From: Armatimonadota bacterium
Lineage (GTDB): Bacteria; Armatimonadota; UBA5829; DTLH01
DNA length: 64,000 nt
Direction: 5' to 3'
Assembly (NCBI GenBank): GCA_038207085.1
Contig: JBBRAE010000002.1
Span: 141,708 to 205,707 of the forward strand
A model generated the notes under the pieces. That model had not been told where the DNA came from, did not search any database, and saw nothing but the letters and a program-made list of their open reading frames with translations. The translations under genes and the position numbers were made by a program. Each line of letters opens with the position of its first letter. Within the stretch, counting starts at the first letter, position 1. Below, piece by piece: positions 57,509 to 64,000 of the stretch.

Positions 57509-59053
57509 TTATCCTCCCGGTGTGGGAGCGGGTCTGCCGCCTGCGGGCTGCTGAGCGGCTTTCATTCTGGTTTCGTAGTCGGCGAGCCACTTGTCTTCTT
57601 GTGCCACGCGCTGGGGCTGTCCGACCTGCTTCCAGAGCCCTTTCAGTTCGGTGTGGACGCTCGGGTCACCGTAGCCGATGTCACCGGCGAGCTCCAACTG
57701 CTCGATCGCTTTTTTGGTGTCGCCCTTCTTCATATAGAGCTTGCCGAGCATAATGCTCAGGTCGCTTCCAACTGCGTGCTGGACGTTGATCACCTGGTCG
57801 AGCTCTTTTATCGCCTGGTCGATGTCGCCCTTCTGCATATAAAGCTCACCGATCTTGCTGCGGGCTCCGTCTCGGACGATCTCGTCAGACTTGGTGATCG
57901 ACTGTTGAAGCGATGCGATGGCCTCGTCTATTGCCTTTGCGCGCTCGTCCGGGCTCGGCGCAGAGCTGATTTTTGCAGCGATCCAGTAGCCCTTCAGCTC
58001 GGGGTTTTTGATCTCGACTTTGGCAGTCTTCTGGATCTCGGCGTACATCTTCTGGACTTCCTGCTGCTCATAGGCCGACTGGATCTGTTTGCGATACTCG
58101 GCCTTCTTTGCAACATAGTCTTTGGGGAGCTCGGTCCTTACGTCTTCGACCATAACGATTCTGTATCCGCCGTACATCGGGGACTTGATGACTCCGCTCA
58201 TTTTACCCTTGGAAAGGCCCTGGAGGTCGGTGTCCTGGATCGCAGGGATCCAGCCGATCTCGCCGCCCTTGCTCTTGGTGGTGGGGTCGTCAGAGAACTG
58301 CCTGGCGACTGTCGCGAAGTCGTCTCCGGCCTGGAGCTTCTTCAGCACCTCGTTCGCGCGGCGTTCGGTCTGTGGGCCGGGCATTCCGCTGTCGCGGATC
58401 AGGATGTGTCGCACTTTGAACTGCTGGTAGACCTGCTCGACCTTCTGGTCGTTGATGGTTCCAACCTTGGCTTTGGCCTTGTCTTCGAGTTTGCGGACAA
58501 GGAGCGCGTCGCGGACTTTGTCCTTTGTGAGCTGCTTTTTCATATCGCTGCGGATCTGCGCGATCGAGGTGGGCGGGTTCACCCGTTTGAGCATGGCGTC
58601 GATCTCAGCATCGGTCGGTTTGATCTTCTTGCCCTGAGCGGCCATCGTGCGGATATACTCGATCTGGTCGTCGATCATCTTGTTCTTCTCGCGACCGATC
58701 TCAAAGTAGCCTGCGCCAAGCCCCTGCTTTTCCGCGGCGGAGAGCTTGAGCTTCTCAAGAACTATCTGGTTCAGGATGTTGAGCATCATATCAGCGTTCT
58801 GCAGCGGGCTGAGGCCTGCTGAGTTGCCCATCGACTTAATCTGGGCCATATACGCGTCAGTGAGCTCAGTCTTGCTGATCTTCTGACCGTTGATGGTGAC
58901 GAGAACCTCATCGTTACTGGTCTGCTTGTTGCTGCTCTGGAGCGCAGGCATTCCGATCACAAAGATCGCGCCGAGTCCGAACACGGCGACGAGCAGCCAC
59001 ATAATCGGCCTGAGAATATGTGAGAAGCTCTCTCTCATCCTGGTAATAGACAT
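57509..59053 (-). CDS. Membrane-anchored SurA/PpiD-like parvulin PPIase with C-terminal TPRs
   Basis: N-terminal TM, VRHILI, DFATVARQFSDDP..K.KGGEIGW, TPR-like helices; GGAGG RBS before ATG 59053. Confidence 0.85.
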   Translation of the reverse strand: MSITRMRESFSHILRPIMWLLVAVFGLGAIFVIGMPALQSSNKQTSNDEVLVTINGQKISKTELTDAYMAQIKSMGNSAGLSPLQNADMMLNILNQIVLEKLKLSAAEKQGLGAGYFEIGREKNKMIDDQIEYIRTMAAQGKKIKPTDAEIDAMLKRVNPPTSIAQIRSDMKKQLTKDKVRDALLVRKLEDKAKAKVGTINDQKVEQVYQQFKVRHILIRDSGMPGPQTERRANEVLKKLQAGDDFATVARQFSDDPTTKSKGGEIGWIPAIQDTDLQGLSKGKMSGVIKSPMYGGYRIVMVEDVRTELPKDYVAKKAEYRKQIQSAYEQQEVQKMYAEIQKTAKVEIKNPELKGYWIAAKISSAPSPDERAKAIDEAIASLQQSITKSDEIVRDGARSKIGELYMQKGDIDQAIKELDQVINVQHAVGSDLSIMLGKLYMKKGDTKKAIEQLELAGDIGYGDPSVHTELKGLWKQVGQPQRVAQEDKWLADYETRMKAAQQPAGGRPAPTPGG

Positions 59054-59197
59054 CTGGTTTCCTCCAAGTGGGAAAATTGGGTATTGCCGGCGTTTTCCGG
59101 CGAGTAGCACCTATCAAAAAGCGGCGAGGTAGAATTGCGCCGCAAATCCAAGTTAAATCTTAACCGTATGGCGAGTCTATGTCAAGCCGACGAACGG

Positions 59198-59346
59198 GCA
59201 TGTAGGAATTATCGGCAGCGATCAAGCTAACTTTGGAGTGCGGCATGCGAGAGCCGCTTTCACAAATCTTCCGGCTGGCGATAATATGGCGCTTGCGCGC
59301 CTTGCTGTCGTCCGAGAACAAAGCGACGATTGCTCGCCGCACTACA
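59198..59346 (-). repeat. 149-bp REPIN-like element, copy 2
   Basis: Reverse complement of 39491-39639 with scattered substitutions. Confidence 0.85.
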
Positions 59347-59408
59347 ATTAAAGGTTACTCGATATATCAGCTTCAGATCAGTGTGCTCAAGTGGTATAAT
59401 ATGTCGCT

Positions 59409-60407
59409 ATGAAAATATCTGAGTTTGGCGGCGAGGGCGCCGTTATAAAGTTGATAGAAAAGTCCTGCGCCGGGAGCGACCCTAGGGTCAGGCTAGGCTT
59501 CGGCGACGACGCCGCGCTTTTGCGCACGGGGGAGCGGCTGCTCATCGTCACGACCGACCTTTTGGTCGAAGGGACTCACTTTCGCCGTGACACGATAGAC
59601 CCGTACTCGCTTGGGTGGAAGGCGGTCGCGGTAAACATAAGCGACATCGCCGCGATGGGCGGCGAGCCGAGCTTCGCGTTCGTCTCAATTGCACTACCAG
59701 ATATAGATGTCGGTTTTGTCCGCGAACTTTATCAGGGGATGGGTGATATTTCTATGCGATTTGGCAGCCGGGTGATCGGCGGGGACACCAACCGGGTCTC
59801 AGGGGAAATCGCGATCAACGTCGCGCAGCTGGGCGAGGTCGAAGATGGTCACGAGGCGCTTCGAAGCAGTGCCCGGCCTGGGGATAAGATACTGGTGACC
59901 GGCACGCTCGGCGACTCACTCGCTGGGTTCAAGCTGCTGGAGCGGCTCGGGCTTGAGGAGGCTCTTCGCGGCCACTCCGAGGTCGTCTGCCGTCATCTGC
60001 GCCCGACCCCGAGGGTTCTGGAGTCGCGCGCGGCTGTGGCAAAGGGGCTTGTTCGTGGTATGATGGACCTGTCCGACGGGCTGGCCATCGACCTCGGCAA
60101 GATGTGCGAGGCAAGCGGGGTTGGCGCTCGGGTGCGATATGACAAGGTTCCCGTGAGTGCCGCGCTTTTGTACGCTTCTGAGACTCTCGGCGAGGAGGCG
60201 AAAAGCCTTGCTGCAGGGGGTGGCGAGGACTATGAGCTTTTGATCGCGGCCGCGCCTGAGTCGGTCGAGGAGTTGATCTCGACGGTTGAGTCGGCGACGG
60301 GGACGCAGGTTACGGAGATCGGCGAGTTTGTCGAGGGCTTGGGGACGGTTTTGATCGATCCATCGGGCCGTGAGACTGAGTTTGTTCCGGGGTGGACGCA
60401 TTATTGA
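59409..60407 (+). CDS. thiL: Thiamine-monophosphate kinase
   Basis: GDDAA, NISDIAAMGG, GGDT, MDLSDGL, GGEDYEL. Confidence 0.96.
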   Translation: MKISEFGGEGAVIKLIEKSCAGSDPRVRLGFGDDAALLRTGERLLIVTTDLLVEGTHFRRDTIDPYSLGWKAVAVNISDIAAMGGEPSFAFVSIALPDIDVGFVRELYQGMGDISMRFGSRVIGGDTNRVSGEIAINVAQLGEVEDGHEALRSSARPGDKILVTGTLGDSLAGFKLLERLGLEEALRGHSEVVCRHLRPTPRVLESRAAVAKGLVRGMMDLSDGLAIDLGKMCEASGVGARVRYDKVPVSAALLYASETLGEEAKSLAAGGGEDYELLIAAAPESVEELISTVESATGTQVTEIGEFVEGLGTVLIDPSGRETEFVPGWTHY

Positions 60408-60874
60408 TGAAGATATGCACGGATTCATTTGAAGAGACAATAGCGCTCGGTGAGGAGCTGGGGAAGCTCCTTGGACCGGGGGATGTGGTCGCTATGTACG
60501 GCGGGCTTGGCGCGGGTAAGACTACGATGACCAAGGGGATCGCCCGGGGTGCGGGGGTGGAGTCCGAGGTCCACAGCCCGACCTTTACGCTGATCCACGA
60601 ACACGTGGGGCGGGTGCCGTTCTATCACATCGACCTTTACAGGCTCGCGGGGGATGTCGACACCTCTATGCTTGGGATCGACGAGTACATCTACGGCGAG
60701 GGGATTGTGGTGATCGAGTGGCCGGACCGCGCGCCGGGGGCGCTGCCTCCCGAGCGACTTGAGATAAGGCTTCGAGCCGACGAGGACCGCCGCGAGATCG
60801 AGTTTATCGCGACTAGCGAGCGGCTTCAGAAGATAATAGAATCGGTGGTGGAGAATGCTGGCACTTGCGATTGA
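60407..60874 (+). CDS. tsaE: tRNA threonylcarbamoyladenosine biosynthesis ATPase
   Basis: GLGAGKTT, SPTFTL, HIDLYRL, IEW; TGATG coupling to thiL. Confidence 0.95.
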   Translation: MKICTDSFEETIALGEELGKLLGPGDVVAMYGGLGAGKTTMTKGIARGAGVESEVHSPTFTLIHEHVGRVPFYHIDLYRLAGDVDTSMLGIDEYIYGEGIVVIEWPDRAPGALPPERLEIRLRADEDRREIEFIATSERLQKIIESVVENAGTCD

Positions 60875-61556
60875 CACGTCCGGCGATATGTCGGCTGTTG
60901 CGCTTGCGACTGAAAATCAGCTTGTAAGCGAATTCAATTTCAGAAACAAGATGGACCTCTTGCGCAGGCTTATGCCAAACGTCGACCGGATAGTGTCGGA
61001 CGCAGGCAAGACGCAGAGCGACATCGACGCGGTGGTGATCTCGCTTGGTCCGGGCTCGTTTACTGGGCTTCGGATTGGGATGGCGGCGGCAAAGGGGATC
61101 GCGCAGGCGCTCGACCGCCCGATTGTCGGGGTTTCGACGCTTGACGTGCTCGCGCACGGGGCGTCGCTCGCTGCTCCAAGGCCCGTCGCCGCGCTGATCC
61201 ACGCAAAACCCGGGGACGTCTACTGGGCGCTTTATCGGTTCGTCGAGGGGGTGCTTGTGCGCTCGACGGAGGACGCGGTTGTGCCGCTTGGGGATGTTGT
61301 AGCGCACGTCCATGACGAAGATGGAGTGCTCTTTGTCGGTGATGGCTCGGAGCGGAGTCGCACGGCGCTTGAGCTGCAGTTTGGGCCGGGGGCGGTCGCG
61401 CCGGAGTGGTTGAACTATCCCCGTGGCGCGGTGCTTGCGCGGCTTGGGATTGACAAAATCCTTGCGGGTGAGGTCGACGATGTGATGAAGATCGCGCCGA
61501 GCTACGTGCAGCGGCCGACTCCTGTTATCAGGCTTGAAGCGGGGAAGTTTGAGTAA
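60855..61556 (+). CDS. tsaB: tRNA threonylcarbamoyladenosine biosynthesis protein TsaB
   Basis: LAIDTS, GPGSFTGLRIG. Confidence 0.95.
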   Translation: MLALAIDTSGDMSAVALATENQLVSEFNFRNKMDLLRRLMPNVDRIVSDAGKTQSDIDAVVISLGPGSFTGLRIGMAAAKGIAQALDRPIVGVSTLDVLAHGASLAAPRPVAALIHAKPGDVYWALYRFVEGVLVRSTEDAVVPLGDVVAHVHDEDGVLFVGDGSERSRTALELQFGPGAVAPEWLNYPRGAVLARLGIDKILAGEVDDVMKIAPSYVQRPTPVIRLEAGKFE

Positions 61557-61568
61557 ATGGAGAATTAG

Positions 61569-63377
61569 ATGATCGACGTATCCGAGCTGCTGCTCACGCC
61601 GCCGCCCAAGATGCTTACCAAGCGCGACGGGGTGTTTAATGCCGGGGGGAAACGCTACTTACAGATCTCCTCAGAGCGGCCTTCTGAGCTTATGATCGCG
61701 GCTAAGCAGGCCGGGCTCGACTTGGAAGTCACCGCGAGCCCGAGCGTTCCAAAGGGTGAGCTTGGGCTTGTGATCAGGCTTGACGCCGAGTCTGGGATCG
61801 AGCAGCAGGGGTATAAGCTATCGATCGGCCCGGAGTGCATCGAGATTGTCGCGTCGAGTGCATCCGGTGCGTTCTACGGCGCATGCACGCTTCGCCAGAT
61901 CGTGCGGCAGTGCGGGGAGGAGCTTCCGTGCCTTTCGATCAGCGACTCGCCGGACTTTGCCGAGCGCGGGGTGATGCTCGACATCAGCCGCGACAAGGTT
62001 CCGACGATGGAGACGCTGTACCGGCTCGTGGACCAGCTCGCCGAGTTCAAGATCAACCAGTTCCAGCTCTACACCGAGCATACCTTCGCCTACCCGTCTC
62101 ACCGCGAGGTGTGGGCCGAGGCTAGCCCGATGACGGGCGAGCAGATAATCGAGATCGATGCCTACTGCCGGGCGCGGTTCATCGACCTCGTGCCCAACCA
62201 GAACTCGTTTGGTCATATGGAGCGGTGGCTGAAGTTCGACCGTTACCGCCCGATGGCCGAGTCGCCAAACGGGGGTGAGACTGCGTGGGGGCGTCGCGAT
62301 TATCCCTTCAGCCTGTGCCCGATAGACAAGAAAAGCATCCCATTCGTGCGGGGGCTTTACGACGAGCTTTTGCCGCACTTTACGAGCTCTTACTTCAACG
62401 TCGGGCTCGATGAAACGATCGACCTCGGCTACGGCAGAAGCAAGCTGGTGTGTAAGGAGCGCGGGACGGGGCGGGTGTACCTCGATTTTCTGCTCCAGAT
62501 TTACCAGGAAGTGAAGAAGCGCGGGCGGAGGATGCAGTTCTGGTGGGACATAATACTGCACTACCCCGAGCTGATCGACGAGCTTCCCCGCGACCTCATC
62601 GCCCTTGAATGGGGCTATGAGTGGAACCATCCATTTGCCGAGCACACCAAAAGAATTGCCGACTCGGGGCTTGAGTTCCACGTCTGCCCCGGCACATCGA
62701 GCTGGAATGCGCTTGTCGGGCGCACCGAAAACGCGATCGTCAATATCACCACCGCCGCCAAATCGGGAGCAAAGCACGGCGCTCGGGGGCTTCTCAACAC
62801 CGACTGGGGTGATTTTGGCCACTGGCAGCCGCTCTCGGTGTCGTACCTGGGCTATATGGTAGGCGCGGCGGCTTCATGGAACGCCAGGGCCGACGTTCGT
62901 GACCGGCTCGCCGAGAACCTGTCGCTGCACTTCTTTGGCGACGCAAGCGGCAAGACCGGGCGCGCGTTCTACGACCTCGGCGACCTCTACAGGCTCTTTG
63001 ACACGTATACCAGCAACCACAACGTGCAGTGGGCGGTGCTTCAGAAGCCGGTCGATGACCCCAAAGTGGTCGAGGGGCTTACCCGCGAGCAGTTCGAGAA
63101 CCTTGCCGCCCGGACCGAGGAGATCGCTCGGGCTTTTGATGGTGAGCAGATGACGATTCCCGACGCTGGGATCGTCCGCGAGGAGTTCTGCTTTCTGGTG
63201 AAGCTGATGCGGCTATCTTCGACTGCAGGGCTTGTTCGCCTGGGTGAGCCGAGGCCGGATACGCTTGCTGATCAGATCGCCGAGATCAAGCAGTATCACA
63301 ACGCCGTCTGGTTGCTCAGAAACCGGCCCGGGGGGATGGTGGATAGCCTCGGGACGATGGTGTTTTTGGAGGAATAG
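61569..63377 (+). CDS. GH20 beta-N-acetylhexosaminidase-like protein
   Basis: ERGVMLDISRDKVP, NSFGH, NVGLDE, TDWGD.GH. Confidence 0.9.
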   Translation: MIDVSELLLTPPPKMLTKRDGVFNAGGKRYLQISSERPSELMIAAKQAGLDLEVTASPSVPKGELGLVIRLDAESGIEQQGYKLSIGPECIEIVASSASGAFYGACTLRQIVRQCGEELPCLSISDSPDFAERGVMLDISRDKVPTMETLYRLVDQLAEFKINQFQLYTEHTFAYPSHREVWAEASPMTGEQIIEIDAYCRARFIDLVPNQNSFGHMERWLKFDRYRPMAESPNGGETAWGRRDYPFSLCPIDKKSIPFVRGLYDELLPHFTSSYFNVGLDETIDLGYGRSKLVCKERGTGRVYLDFLLQIYQEVKKRGRRMQFWWDIILHYPELIDELPRDLIALEWGYEWNHPFAEHTKRIADSGLEFHVCPGTSSWNALVGRTENAIVNITTAAKSGAKHGARGLLNTDWGDFGHWQPLSVSYLGYMVGAAASWNARADVRDRLAENLSLHFFGDASGKTGRAFYDLGDLYRLFDTYTSNHNVQWAVLQKPVDDPKVVEGLTREQFENLAARTEEIARAFDGEQMTIPDAGIVREEFCFLVKLMRLSSTAGLVRLGEPRPDTLADQIAEIKQYHNAVWLLRNRPGGMVDSLGTMVFLEE

Positions 63378-63533
63378 ACCAATGATCGACGGGGAGATTG
63401 CTCCCCGTTGCCGTTATTTGGGACGTTTGTCCCGGAAACTCAGTGTGTTCGACAAGTTGTTCGGGGGCGAATGCCCCGGATAGCTTGGAAAGGGAGGAAT
63501 CTCCCTTCCCATCGTGCATTGGGTACACAAATA

Positions 63534-63607
63534 TGGCTGCGGGACCAGGATTCGAACCTAGATAACGAGATCCAAAATCTCGCGTCCTGCCATTGGACGA
63601 TCCCGCA
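63534..63607 (-). tRNA. tRNA-Gln(TTG)
   Basis: TGCGGGATCGTCCAATGGCAGGACGCGAGATTTTGGATCTCG...GGTTCGAATCC...GCCA. Confidence 0.96.
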
Positions 63608-63619
63608 GCAACTTTTATT

Positions 63620-63648
63620 ATTATAGCGGCATGCCGGGCTTCGGTCAA
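63620..63648 (-). promoter_or_regulatory. Sigma70 promoter of tRNA-Gln, TTGACC-N17-TATAAT
   Basis: -10 at 63620-63625, -35 at 63643-63648. Confidence 0.75.
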
Positions 63649-63653
63649 TGAAT

Positions 63654-63948
63654 CAGGGCTAATCCGCATTATTCACGAGAAGCGTGAATAATGCCCTCTT
63701 AGCAAGAGCTTTATTCGCTTCACGAATAAAGCGGGCTAACGCATCTTAACGGGCAACCGACGTAGTGGCCGTCCCGCCGCAGCGGCCATCGGCGCGGAAC
63801 GCGCCGAACAAACAATGGAATTTCGTAGAGTTGCTCATTTGGAGCGCATTACACAGTTAGCGCAGCACCTTTGGTGCTGATGGCGGGCGCGGCGACCCGC
63901 CACTACGGGCGTTCGGTGCTGCCCAACAGCTAAGATGCGTTCGCCCTG
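63654..63948. mobile_element. Non-autonomous element with 18-bp TIRs and a 10-bp TSD, carrying a nested MITE and inverted REP-like hairpins
   Basis: GTCAATGAAT at 63644-63653 and 63949-63958; TIRs CAGGGCTAA[insert]CGCATCTTA / TAAGATGCGTTCGCCCTG. Confidence 0.85.
63663..63735 (+). mobile_element. 73-bp MITE-like element, copy 5, nested in the left TIR of the larger element
   Basis: CTAA direct repeats at 63659-63662 and 63736-63739. Confidence 0.85.
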
Positions 63949-64000
63949 GTCAATGAATGCAGGGCGGGCAGGGTGTTGACGTGCGTGCGCCGTTCAGGGC

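Noticed and set aside
57599..58822. Long antisense ORF of 407 aa (and similar shadow ORFs elsewhere)
   Set aside because: It lies opposite a clear gene; expected artefact of GC-rich codon bias
63380..63530. Cluster of short hairpins between GH20 and tRNA-Gln, as an ncRNA or att site
   Set aside because: No duplicated tRNA 3' end or integrase; explainable as terminators of convergent transcripts

Overview
A GC-rich bacterial chromosomal window. Diderm envelope genes (TolC, LolA-like) sit beside a T-box riboswitch, which suggests a diderm Terrabacterium such as Armatimonadota; this is inference only. Housekeeping genes: nfo, valS, mutL, mtnP, amt-PII, tRNA(Lys,Leu,Gly)-tig-clpP-clpX-lon, ahpC, rsmI, a PpiD/SurA-like PPIase, thiL-tsaE-tsaB and tRNA-Gln. 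Accessory genes: an XRE controller/NotI-family endonuclease/Dam-like methylase RM locus, a SWIM-SNF2 helicase, a multiheme cytochrome lipoprotein, two TA modules (intact hicBA and a frameshifted relE), several CAZymes (GH130, a degenerate GH94, a beta-helix protein, a large secreted protein, GH20, GT4) and an AbrB-ABC-LolA-TolC-MFP-RND operon. The most striking signals are non-coding. (1) A 73-bp double-hairpin MITE-like element with 4-bp CTAN/NTAG target duplications occurs five times. One copy lies inside the valS T-box riboswitch; another is nested in the terminal repeat of a second element (18-bp TIRs, 10-bp TSD) that itself carries inverted REP-like hairpins. (2) hicBA appears wedged between the likely promoter and the Val T-box leader, with an orphan membrane gene between the T-box and valS. 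(3) A recurring SigB/SigF-like promoter, GTTT-N15-17-GGGTAT, precedes stress-type genes. (4) REP/REPIN copies and heptamer-repeat hairpins are scattered throughout. All calls come from reading the sequence by eye; no database searches were run.
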